Part shown: in pieces, positions 50,308 through 62,900 of the stretch | Position numbering within the stretch: position 1 is the first letter of the stretch | Layout: each line of letters starts with the position of its first letter | Source of the DNA: Tubiluchus corallicola | Lineage: Eukaryota; Animalia; Priapulida | Assembly: GCA_030141605.1 (NCBI GenBank) | Contig: JAQGDQ010000243.1 | Coordinates: 124,001-188,000 of the forward strand | DNA length: 64,000 bases | Direction: 5' to 3' | The notes under the pieces: generated by a model | What the model saw: only the letters and a program-made list of their open reading frames with translations | What the model was told of the DNA's origin: nothing | Database searches by the model: none | Translations under genes and position numbers: made by a program

Positions 50308-51682
50308 TGAGAAACGTCACGTGACAAATCTCGACAATATGAGACACCTAACTATAAACATTATCATTTCACAAACGTAGTGTTGAATTACGTAGAATAA
50401 AAGTACAAAATGATTTATATATAAAAATTGTATAAGATTTGTACTAATTATGTACTAATACTAATTAATTTGTCATTAATGCTTGACAATAAATAACATA
50501 ATTGAGGACAGTCTATGGATGAATAACTAATTACAACTTGTTTGCACTGAATGCAAAGTTGCTTCGTACTTTCAGCGCCAGACAACTGCAAAAAATGACC
50601 ACCGTTAAAAATAAGCATCTGTTCTAATTACCTTTTTTGGAAGCTAGTAAGTTTGATAGTTTTAACCCGTAATTCGAATAATATAATAACTTTTTTACTT
50701 TCGAAGACACACGATCAGTCAATTCAAACTTAAGGTATGTAAAATGCAAGCCTCTCTCTCCATATATATAGGCGTACATACCGTTGCATGTGTTTGTCTT
50801 ATCTATGTGCAAGCATTTGTGGCGCCAAGATGTCGGCTGTCTCGGTGGATCTTCTCTCAAGGTGACTTCTTCTACATTTTTTTATTTAACCAGCTGCTGG
50901 GAGTCACAAAGATGCCACCAACTACAACAATAATAATATCGCACATGCATAAGTCCATGGACAAGTTCCCTATTAGCCTACATACGAACTGCACATTGCT
51001 AATAATGAATAATAGACATACTGATGGTTTACAAAAATTATCAGACGAACTGATGACGCTTTTTTCTTCAAACACATAAAACAGTAACTATTGATTCCTA
51101 TTTTAACTGTAATATCTTTTCCTAAGAATATACTTTGTATAGGTTAAAACAAAGTTAGAAAAACTTTTATTACTGTAATATCATTTCCTAAGAATATACT
51201 TTGTATATCTTAAAAAAGTTTAGAAAAGTTTTATCTGTCATGAAGGCGCCAAAGCAATTTTGTTCCAAGTAAAAAAGTTTAAAATAAAGATTAAAGATTT
51301 CAATAGGTAGTTTTCGACCAAAATGATAAAAAAATGAAACTGAATACCTTAAATTCAATAATAAAAATGGTAAAATTTCTCTTGCAAGCAGGAGCTGGTG
51401 AAACAAACTGCTTTTATTTGTTTTTGTTTTGAATTCGCACGTGCTTTTATGTCAACTATTGTTAGTGATGCAACAAATAATAGTTGTCGTAAATCAGCTG
51501 AAATTGGATCTGCCATTATAGAATTACTGATTTATGTTTCACTCTTTTTATAACCAAAATTTTACTAAATTGTGTGCAACTTGTGCACGCACACACATTA
51601 TATAGATAATTCTTTCTTATTAGATTGAAAATGATTTTTTTTTATTTATAACATATCAAGATTATTATTAATTGTGGTTCAA

Positions 51683-51948
51683 ACACGCAATTAATTTAAT
51701 TTTGAAACCAAGCTTTGAAAAACGGTAGGCGAGGAAAATTTGGAACACAGCCTGGATTGATTTCGACCTTGTGCTAGCAAGGCAGGTGCCATGACCGCTA
51801 GACCACCATGTTCATGATCACCGATACACGATAGTCAAGTGGATATGGCGTTTGCATTGTAAGCAGGGGTCCTTGGTTCAAATCCTAGCTGTGTTCTAAA
51901 CAGTCGCCGTTTTTCAAAGTTTGTTTTCAAACCAAATTAAATGTGGGT
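51683..51948. mobile_element. Palindromic element containing two divergent tRNA-like units
   Basis: tRNA-like units at 51743-51813 (-) and 51824-51896 (+, A box tagtcaagtgg, B box ggttcaaatcc), with matching inverted AT-rich outer arms. Confidence 0.65.
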
Positions 51949-52129
51949 TGTGCCAACATGAATGTAAAAATATCGGTAACGATTAAAATCTAAAAAAAAA
52001 CAACAACTGTTTTTATGCATTTGCTGCAAGCTGCTATGCATCATAAAAGCAGGGCCTACGAACGCCTAACATCAAGGGTAGAAACAGTAAACCAGTGAAT
52101 GTGCGCTCCACAGGTTGGGCCGTATTTAT

Positions 52130-52780
52130 GTCGCTTTTAATATAACACGCTATGGTGATGAGTCATGGCAAAGATGCAAGTATCTCGGTAGTCTGCTGGG
52201 AACAGAGGACGACATTTCAAGACGGAAGATAATGGCATTATCAGTTTACTTAAAAGTCACAAAAGTTTTTGAAAGTAGGAAGATTTCTTTGGAAACAAAA
52301 ATTAGAATATTCTCAGCCTTAGTTGAAACTGTATTTCTGTATAACTCTGAGCTCTGGACATTAAAAGCAAATCATAAAACTGAAATCGATGCGTTTCAAA
52401 GGCGAAATTACAGAAACATTTTGGGTATTAGATGGCCAAAGAAAATTTCAAACAAAGATCTATATGAAAAAAAATAAAGAAGAACCTTGGACAAGAAAAA
52501 TAAAAAGACGCCGTCTAAGATGGGTTGGGCATATGCTTAGACTACCTGATGATGTTCCAGTGAAGATAGCTCTTCAACAAGCCATAGAACCAGCTAAAAA
52601 ACCTGCAGGAGGACAAATGTTAACATATTTAGATTTTGCACAGAAAGATTTAAACACTTCAGCATTGATCCTTAGAAATAAATCCACTTGGGGTATTGCG
52701 GCGAGCAGGGAGTCCTGGTATAGGGAGGTGAGCAGAATCATGTCACTGGACGTATGATTCATTGAAGAAAAAGAGGAATA
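52130..52780 (+). mobile_element. RTE-like LINE 3' fragment, frameshifted
   Basis: KYLGSLL...KIRIFSALVETVFLYNSELWTL...ILGIRWPKKISN, frameshift at the A-run near 52470, then RRRLRWVGHMLRL. Confidence 0.85.
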
Positions 52781-52834
52781 GAATTAGCGAGGCATAAGTT
52801 TGTAGGCATCTAGATTTAAAAAGCCAATTATATT

Positions 52835-53865
52835 TAGGTTTTACGTGTCAAATGTAGACCTGCGTTAACTCAAATGTAGATTTAGGTAATTCAAATGTGT
52901 CTTGGTAACTCAAATGTAGACTTTGGTAGTTCAAATGTGTTAACAATGGTTTTCAAGAAATCTTAAGCGTTTTTGGTAAGTCAAATGCAGACACATGTCA
53001 AGTCAATTGTGACATTGGTATCTGAAATGTGGATAGGTGGTAAAGTATAAGAATGTTAAATTTAATCTCATTTAATCTCAATTTAATAATTGCTGTGAAA
53101 ATAATAACTTTATAGGTCTACTAATGGTTCACTAATATTCTGTAAACTTTACATGCCACTGGAACTGTTAGAGAAAAAAATACGTTCTTAAAATAAACAA
53201 TGTTTCTTGAGAGAAACTAATTCATTAATGCAGTGCTAATGCATTACTTAAAAAACTAATTAGTGATTCACTGTTCATTGGGAAGTGGGAACCGATTTAT
53301 TCTTTTCTGCCGACATTTTTTGTAAAACGTTGACAAATAAAATGTAGAATTGGTGTATATATTAATAATTGTATAATTGTTAACTTATTTATGTACAACA
53401 CTTTTAAGTGTTCTTATCAAATAAACATTTTCTTCATATTTGAAAAATGTATTAACGTCCATGCAAATAGTTGCAAATTAATTAAATATAATAAAAAAAT
53501 GATGCTGCCGATAGCACCATGACCATAAAATGTAATTTTAATCTGGTTTTATATTTTTGTAATTTGCACTTAAATTAGTTAATTACCGATTTATTCAAAG
53601 TACCGCATCTACATTTGACTTACCTAAGTCACATTTGAGTCACCAAAACACATTTGAAATTCTTATGTCTACATTTGACTTACGTAAGTCACATTTAAGC
53701 TTTCCTGTGTCTACATTTGACGTGTAAAACCTTTAAAACGTTGACAAATAAAATGTAGAATTGTGTTTGAGTTACCAAAACACATTCGAAATTCCTATGT
53801 CTACATTTGACTTACCTAAGTCACATTTGAATTTTCCTGTGTCTACATTTGACGTGTAAAACCTA
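52835..53865 (+). mobile_element. MITE with subterminal ~20-bp repeats (tcaaatgtagac), copy 1
   Basis: TA|GGTTTTAC(g/a)(t/c)GTCAAATGTAGAC...GTCTACATTTGACGTGTAAAACC|TA. The right end is internally duplicated (also at about 53732). Confidence 0.8.
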
Positions 53866-54397
53866 TAATGCACTGCTACGGAGAAAGACAACGAAAGACC
53901 ATCGATGCTTCCCCCATATTACATGTAACGAATGTGTATTTCTGACACTTGTTGTTGTCTTCTAGACCACACAAGAAATTTGGAAAATTAAAACGCGTAC
54001 CTGTGCCATTTTTAGCAATGAGCTGTGCAGCAGGTCACTGCAGTGAGGCTTCTCCACCGATGATGTTACAGGTGAGCCTTATATCGCCCCAGCGCGATGG
54101 AACCCACCGCGGAAATAGGATGGCTTAACTGCGATGCTATACCAAAATCATATCGCCATGCCTCAGTTAATTTCACGGATGATGACGCAATAAAATAATC
54201 CATGGCAACCACGATAGTGTACGGTAGCAACCACAGGCGGTTGAGCACTCCGTTTGTCAGGGCGCCAAATTTGAAGTAAGTATTGCAAAATTTTACACAA
54301 GGTTCGAATTTTTGGAGTTTGCTGAACTCATTTCTGCTGGAAAGTGAGAAGCTCGAGCGAGTAACAAAGAAGGAGAAATGATGTGGGACAGAAACGA

Positions 54398-54404
54398 GCG
54401 GAGA

Positions 54405-54448
<44 letters not shown>

Positions 54449-54449
54449 A

Positions 54450-54494
<45 letters not shown>

Positions 54495-54608
54495 AGGGAG
54501 AGAAAGAGAGTTCTGAGATAGAGAGAAAGAGAAAGAGAAAGAGAGGGGAGAGAGAGAGAAAGAGAGAGAGAGACAGAGAGAGAGAGGGGGAGACAGACAA
54601 AAAGAGAA

Positions 54609-54654
<46 letters not shown>

Positions 54655-54720
54655 AAAGGAAAGAGAGAGAGAGAGAGAGAAAAAGAGTTCTAAGAGAAAA
54701 AGAGAGAGAAAAGGGGGAGC
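54398..54720. repeat. (GA)n-rich microsatellite block
   Basis: Direct reading; shares unique interruptions (gagttctaagag, cagacaaaaagagaaag) with 55711-56097. Confidence 0.95.
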
Positions 54721-55710
54721 ACACAGAGAGGACATGACATATATTGGCTATATAACGTAATTTATAGCCAACATAACACATAACATATATGTAATTAATT
54801 TGCACAAATCATGTAAATTAAACACTCCATAAAAAGACTTCTTTACACAGCAAGCCTGAACCCCCAACACTCAGCGGCAGAGCCTGAACTCAACAGGATC
54901 CTTGTGGCAAGACCGAAACGTGGCTCATTATCAATGATAACTTTCTAAGGTGAGTCACTGAACCGACAGAATAACTTATTTCATGTTGTAGTCATTGCCA
55001 TTGTCGTTGTTACTATTTACATTAAAATGACTGCAACATTGTTGACAAGAGTAAAATCAATTAAGCGTTTTTATGGACCCTATAAGAAAGCATTTTTGAT
55101 GGACAAAATCTTGTAGAGCTAGCTAGCAAAGTTCAAATGATTTTCGGTGTAATGTTGACCAGATTTGGTGCAAAAATTGACCTTGGGTTAAGTTGGTCAA
55201 GTGGTAAAGTGCACAAAAATGCAAATACACAGCTGTTGTGTGGGGATTATGATTAAATATAATTATACTTAGTAAAAATCGAAAAATATAAAAATGTCTT
55301 GCATTGACGGTCAGACGTCACTAGTAAGGTTATTCAAAAGTATGCACAAAGAGACAAGCCTTAAAACATTACGGTAGCATCCAGCGTAAGCAGAAGAGAA
55401 AAAAATGAAAATTTAATTTTAGTGCTGCGTGAATTAGTATTTTAGTGCAAAGTCTCACATTTGACTTAATTACGTTTAACAGGTAAAAACAGATACACAA
55501 TGGCACGGCAAAGCCTTTGGAGTTTTTTAATTTGCTACAGAAGTCCATCAAGAAAGGGAAAGAGAGGAGATATTTTTTATAATAATATATAATAATAATA
55601 AAGAAATGAACGTACATATATACAAAAAGGTGCCTCTTTTTGCAGGCTCAGATCAACAATTTCCATTTTCATATTACAAATCTTTTAAATATTTCCAGCT
55701 TCACTGAGAA

Positions 55711-55711
55711 G

Positions 55712-55782
<71 letters not shown>

Positions 55783-55830
55783 TAAGAGAGAGAGAGAGAG
55801 GGGGGAGAGAGAGAAAGAGAAAGAGAGTTC

Positions 55831-55877
<47 letters not shown>

Positions 55878-55938
55878 AGAGAGGAGAAAGAAAAGGAAAG
55901 AGAGAGGGAGAGAGAGAAAGAGAAAGAGAGAGAGAGAG

Positions 55939-55981
<43 letters not shown>

Positions 55982-56052
55982 AGGCAGACAAAAAGAGAAA
56001 GAGAGCGAGAGAGAGAAAGAAAAAGAAAGAGAGAGGGAGAGAGAGAAAGAGA

Positions 56053-56091
<39 letters not shown>

Positions 56092-56097
56092 GAAAGA
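55711..56097. repeat. (GA)n-rich microsatellite block
   Basis: Direct reading; source of the ER/SL spurious ORFs. Confidence 0.95.
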
Positions 56098-56219
56098 TGA
56101 TGATTTAAGTAGAATGACACAATAGAGATTCAAGAGATTCACACATATAAGCATAAAAGATAAGTGGACGTCAGCCCCTCGCCATTACATTTTTAGCTGC
56201 AGTTTAGGTGAGGAACAAG

Positions 56220-59200
56220 ATGCACAGAAAAACTCAGGAACAACAAGCCTTTCAGGAGCCAACACAACGTCGCTTAATAAACCCTAACAGAGGTCCTATG
56301 ACTCTACAACATGATCGTAAGTTCCTTATTATCAAATTCAAAATGCATTCCCATCCGTTGTATTTAATAAGTTAATAGGTGCATGTGTATGTCTTCAATC
56401 TACTGTGTGTGCATGCTTGGCATATACATCTTATTTCAGCGGCAGATGCTTTTAAAATCTGTTGCCAATCAATGCGATAATTATGAACGTTTTCATTCTG
56501 TAGCAAGTAAAATGCTGTAATCATAGCTATTCCACTTCTTCACTTCAGGACTACACATTCTTGCAATAATTATGAACGTTTTCATTCTGTTGCATGTAAA
56601 ATGCTGTAATCATAGCTATTCCACTTCTTCACTTCAGGACTACACATTCTTGCTAGGAATTTGCCGAGCTAATCGAAATGACTGAGTTAAATTTTCCTAA
56701 GGTTGGCTAGCTCAGTATGTCGTGTGCTACAATTTTTATAGTACTTGATTAATTTAAGGTGCTAAATTTGTGTCACCTTTTTTACATGCAGTCACTCCCA
56801 AAGACCTATTAGCTCGTAGGAAATCCGTGGATGACCTTCCAGGCACAGCAGCCGATCACAAATATAAGGTAGGTCGAAAGAAGCCATTTTCAAAGCTATC
56901 ATACGTTTGTATTCACTAGTAACAGTAGTGAAGCCAGGCCTACTCTAGAAATCATCTTGAACGCACAGCACATGAAAACTGAGCTTTCAATTAAAACTGT
57001 TGACGAAAGTGATTCGGCTGTGAACCTAAGCATCCTCAAGTACAACTAGCAACAGGATGGATGACTGGCACGACAACTTAACCTAGGTTTCAAATTAAAC
57101 AAAAAATTATCTGCATAACTACTATATTTTTATAGAATAGAAAAAAATATAGAAATTTATTTTTTACATGAATATACACCAAAATTGCATATAATACAAT
57201 ATTCCCATGATAATCCATGCATGACTGGCACTTTAAAAACAGACACAACCGGAATCCAGCATTCAATGCAAAGTTTGTGGCGGGACCGGAAGTAAGCTCA
57301 AAGATAATCTAAGATGAGACCCTGAACCGGACAAATGTCTTTGCCACGTTCGGTCATGTCCTGTACAAGGCAAACATACCGAACTTAGGTAGTCGTAAGC
57401 TGTTTTTGCAAAGCATGGTTGAGGAGCTATACGTGGTCTAATAATCATAGCGTTTGCTTTGTAATTAAAGGTTCCTGGTTCGATACCAAACTTGATTCCG
57501 TTTTTTCACATTTCCTTCTTTTCGATAACTTCTTATTTCAAAAACTAATTGGCCTAACTGAGGCAAAGCGGATTTATTTTATTTATTAATAAGTAATTTA
57601 ACAATTAATATTTGAATCAAGGGTTTGTTCAACGTTTAATTAAAATCTACAAAACTTCCTAGAACACGGAGTCTGAGCGGATTTTTCTAAATTAAATTCG
57701 GCCATGTTTAAATGCATGATTTTATCAGTAATCTAAAAGTAATGAGATGATTAATAATTATCCATTGACAGACTTTACGGCAGTGCGATCTTGGCAGAAG
57801 GTTGCTAATCTTGCAAACAAGTTCTTAAGACGAACGACTTAATCAGTTATTAGTGCCTTGCACCAACACTTTATAAATCTATAATGTTGTTTATATTGAT
57901 TCTTAGTTACGTCATGGGATTCGCATTTATTACCTTACTTACACCTAAGATATCTCTGTCTAATGCATGCCAATGCTATAATGCGACGGCAAAACTAACA
58001 AACAGACAGTTCTGATTTTGACAACAAGAATTATTTATTTGTGTTCAGTGTTATGTATATTAGTTCTTTACAGCTTTATAATGAATGGAAAACATAGGTA
58101 CATGGTTTTGCATGTTAGATCGGGTACTAGCTAGGTGAGTTAGAAATACTTTTGCTTATTTTTTGTTAATTCTAGTCGTTTTGCTAGTAAATGTTAAAAC
58201 AGTTTATAGTAATTAATAATATAACTAAAGAACTACACTTACGTTTGCCGACAAATTATGCGAAAATCTTGATAAGTCGTTAAGTTGTTTCGACCCACAT
58301 GCGTTAAAAAACAGTAGATAATCAGTAGAGAGCTAAGAATAAAGAACGGCGAGGTTGGGAAATATTTACTATAGGTTTTACACGTCAAATCTAGACACAG
58401 GAAAGTTCAAATGTGACTTAGGTAAGTCAAATGTAGACATAGGAATTTCGAATGTGTTTTGGTAACTCAAATGTGACTTAGGGAAGTCAAATGTAGACAT
58501 AGAAATTAGCACTGCATTAATGAATGAGCTTTTCTCAAGAAACATTGTTTATTTTAAGAACGTATTGTTTTCTCTAACAGTTCCAATAGTATGTAAAGTT
58601 TGCAGAAAATTAGTGAACTATTAGTAGACCTATAAAGTTATTAATTTCACAGCAATTATTAAATTTAGATTAAAGGGGATTAAATTTCACATCCTTAAAC
58701 TTTACCACCTATCCACATTTGAGATACCAATGTCACATTTGACTTGAAATGTGTCTACATTTGAGTTACCAAAAATGCTTAAGATTTCTTGAAAACCATT
58801 GTTAACACATTTGAACTACCTAAGTCTACATTTGAGTTACCAAGACACATTTGAATTACCTAAATCTACATTTGAGTTAACGCAGGTCTACATTTGACGT
58901 GTAAAACCTATAGCTGCATTTTTGTGTAATTTGAAGATATTATTTTTAAGCGACATTGTAAATGATACTTACACTCCCTTTTAAAAGTTTATCAATGTTT
59001 TTTTGGGGTTATAAAAAATCGTATAGACCATTGACCTATATACTGCATGCATACCAGCATTTGTATATATAATGATCTACTATCTTATTTATCGTTCATC
59101 GAACTCTATACCTCTCACACTAGTTTAAGCAAGAGGCTAGGCAGAGGTCATAAGTGACGAAACGACAAGGGGTTTTCAATGTGACCTTAATTAATGTAGT

Positions 59201-59312
59201 TAATCTCATTACTAGGGTAAACTACCAAACAGTTGATTTTACGTGTCATTTTTATTATTAAAAGACTTTCATTAAACCTCATTTTAATCACGAAGCACAG
59301 CATTTTTGTACC

Positions 59313-59348
<36 letters not shown>

Positions 59349-59883
59349 CTTATTCATTTAGTATTAATTCATTCACTCACTCGGTCACTCACGTATTCAT
59401 TCATTCATTCATTCACTCGTTCATCCGTTCGTTCGTTCATTCATTCATTCATTCATTCATTCATTCATTCATTCATTCATTCATTCATTCATTCATTCAT
59501 TCATTCATGCATTCATTCATTCACTTATATTTATTCGTTCGTTCGTTCATTCATTCTTTTATTCTTTCAATTATTGCTGGCTTGTTTGCTTGCCTACTTG
59601 TCACTTATCAGCACTTATGTTGAAGTGTTGATTTGGCAGCAGGAGGAAACAACGGCACAAATTTTTAATTTTGTGCACCTCCAGGGAAAAATAATTGATT
59701 TGGTGATTCATAAGATCCAGACAAAAATTATTCTGTCATTTGAGCCAAAAATTTAGTAAATTAAGTTAACGTAAGCCCTGTAAGGTGAGGAGAATGCTGA
59801 TACAACGACGACGACGACGACGACGACGACGATGATGATGATGATGGTGATAATGATGATGATGATGGTGATGATGATGATGG

Positions 59884-59922
<39 letters not shown>

Positions 59923-59923
59923 C

Positions 59924-59970
<47 letters not shown>

Positions 59971-62900
59971 CGAGGACGAGACGACAACTGTGTTGATGAC
60001 GTTGACGATGAGTATGATGACGAGCCTGCTAAAGATGACAGTGATGACTATGAAGAAGAAAAACAAAGGCTTCAGCGACGATAGCAGCGACAATATACAT
60101 GTTTTAACAATCATAACCAAAACTAAATCGAAATTCGATTAAACTTTCTGAATGACGTCCGTTATCGCGAACTGCTTATTATTTGATGATGATAAATGAT
60201 GATTGCATTATGTGATCTGCATTTGTACACAAAAAATTCTCTTAGAGATTTGCTAATTAAATCTAGCTTTCACTGGTAATTACTAATTTATTTTGTGACG
60301 CAGTTTGCATCAGCAAATGGTTTCCTTTTTCCAGCATACATGATTGAGCGTCTGCACCACTCGTTGCTTTAATTGGCAGCGTTATAAAACTAAATCCAGA
60401 AAGCTAAAGTAAAAAGCCAAAAACATTAAGCTTTAAGAAATGATATGTTGTTTTGTTGCAGGGTGAAATCAATGAGTTCATGCTCAATGCAAAATCAAAT
60501 GGATTGAAAGGGCTAGCTCACACTGAATTTGTGAATCCGTTCCGTAAAAGAGGTAAGACATACGATTAGCACGTCTCATCATCTAGTGCAGTCTAAACAA
60601 CAGAACTGAACTTTAGGACTCTGACACAACTGTGATTTTTACTGGCCCACTTTTGTCACTCAACTTTTGTTTGTAAGTTTTTAAAAGCAAGAATTTGTAA
60701 AATACGTGAATCTGTAACTGTCACTCTTTCTAATGAAATCGTGTGCGCATCACGAGCTTGCCAAAAAATTCACCACTATATTCCAGAATTATTCTGCAAC
60801 GCTTTGCTACTTTGGTTGAAGTTAACTCAAAAATTTACTTTTTTTACAATGTTTACCCAAAGTACCGTTTGAAACACACGCCATCTTGCAAGTCAGGAAA
60901 TTCTACAACCGTCTGTGCTCCATTTTGTGACAACATTTTTCCTAATCGTCGACACTTACTAATTTTAATGTCAACGTGACCGTTTGATTTCGTTTGTAAA
61001 ACAATATAATTATGCTATCTTAAAGTTGCATAATATTTCAATGACTCTACGCATTATGGTTTTTAAGGTTTTACCGAAAAATGATTAGATTTTTATATTA
61101 TTTAGTAAGCATAGGTATATTTAGACATAAAACACAAATGAAGACAAGCTAGATTATGTATTAGCACTTATGTTGAAGTGTCGTAGTTCAAACGTGCGAT
61201 TTGGCAGCAGGAGGAAACAACGACACAAATTTTTAATTTTGTGCATCTCCAGGGAAAAATAATTGATTTGGTGATTCATAAGATTCAGACAAAAATTATC
61301 CTATCATTTGAGCCATAAATTCAGTAAATTAAGTTAATGTAAGCCCTGTAAGGTGATGAGAATGCTGACACAGCAACGACGACGACGACGACGACGACGA
61401 CAATGATGATGATGATGATGATGACGACGATGATGATTGCGATGACGACGAACGATGATGATGATGATGATGATGACGAGGACGAGACGACAACAGTTTT
61501 GATGACGTTGACGATGAATTTGATGACGAGCTTGAAAAAAAGGTCAGACCTAATTGGATAATTCCAAAAATTGAACGTGAAAATTAAGAGAAACATTGAC
61601 AATTATACGAAGTCCATTTTAGAAGATATGTAATGTAATAAGTTTGTAATAAGTACGTAATATATTGGTGTTTTGTGGTTAGATGGGTCTGTTGACTGCA
61701 CCAATACCTGCGTCTCTTAAATTTTCATCAGGTTCCTCACACAGCGATACAATTCGAATTTGCTTTCCAAAAACTGTGCACAACACAGCAAGGTTGATCG
61801 CTGTAGGTTTAATATCAATTTTTCCTATCACAGTGAGTATCACACAAAATCTTACATTGATCTAATAATTTATGTTCAGTGTTTCGGCAGCTTTGCCTAT
61901 CGGTAATTATTTTGTTAACGACTGTGGAAAACACTCTCGACCGCTAATCGAAATTCACTAACACGGCTTTCCACTTACCCCACTTTCTTGCAGATTCCTA
62001 ATTTATTTGTTCACTTTTACCTGTTTGTAAGGAAATTGATTGGCTATAGCCCGTGCCAGGTATAATGGAAAGTTAACTAACGAATAACTAATTTTATCAG
62101 GAAAACTGAAACCAGTCATAGTACATGTTTTGGTCGAAATGGCACGATCGCGTGTAGCGGTGCGTCGGTTCATTTTAATGCGAAATGCTAATTTATCTTG
62201 TATTACATGGTTAAATGTGAGTTACGTCACAAGGAAATGAAAATAAGATCAGCTAGCACTTCGACGTTGGATTCAGAACTCGCCTTGGAAACCAACAAAG
62301 TTGCATTACGGACTTCGGAGAGCAAAAGAGGAGGATGGCTTTTTGATGCAGACAGATTTAATTCAAAGCTTTTTCGTCGACTTTACTGCGCTTGTAAGAT
62401 ATAAAATTACCGCAAAAAAATTTTAAGAGCGTTACGGCACTGCGTGACTAATAATAGTGGGATGTCGCCAGAATAAATTATTCAATGGACTGCTTATGTA
62501 TTCAAATTATTAATTTTGTGCCAAATCTTTCTCTCTGCTGTTTTCGTTTTTAGTGTGTTTTTGTCTTCATTTCACGTTATACAGTTAAAACTTGTTTATG
62601 AACACCTTAAGGGCATGTAGTCCTACAATTTATTGCAAAATGAGCGAAACGGAATTTTCATTTTAATTTAGATTCAGTGAAGTATCAGAAACTTTGATCT
62701 TATGTGGGTTTTTTGTAAAGTTTTCTAGTTTTTTGCTTTTTTCAGATGGGTCGTTGTCATATGATTTTGATTTGAATCATCAGTAAAATTTACAATGTCA
62801 CAATTGAGCTTTCCGCTTTCTTTGAATCTAGACTGCAGAATAGCATTTCGGTTAAACGGTTAAGTTCGAAAACCAGCGCAGAGACCACGCAAAAAATAAT

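Noticed and set aside
51824-51896. Functional tRNA-Thr(TGT) gene
   Set aside because: Mismatched acceptor and T stems and its position inside a palindromic repeat suggest an element-derived pseudo-tRNA; tRNAscan-SE would settle it.
54885-54887. In-frame TGA as selenocysteine in the 54202-start ORF
   Set aside because: No redox motif or selenoprotein similarity, no SECIS identified, and readthrough still terminates in the next exon.
54293-56154. ER-rich / SL-rich ORFs
   Set aside because: Translations of (GA)n tracts.
57940-58335. Possible minus-strand exons (about 58242-58335 and 57942-57993) with gtaagt donors
   Set aside because: Splice-like signals only; no recognisable protein or supported linkage to a gene.
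59761-60120. Poly-Ser/His/Asp ORFs
   Set aside because: (GAT)n microsatellite within a duplicated intronic block.
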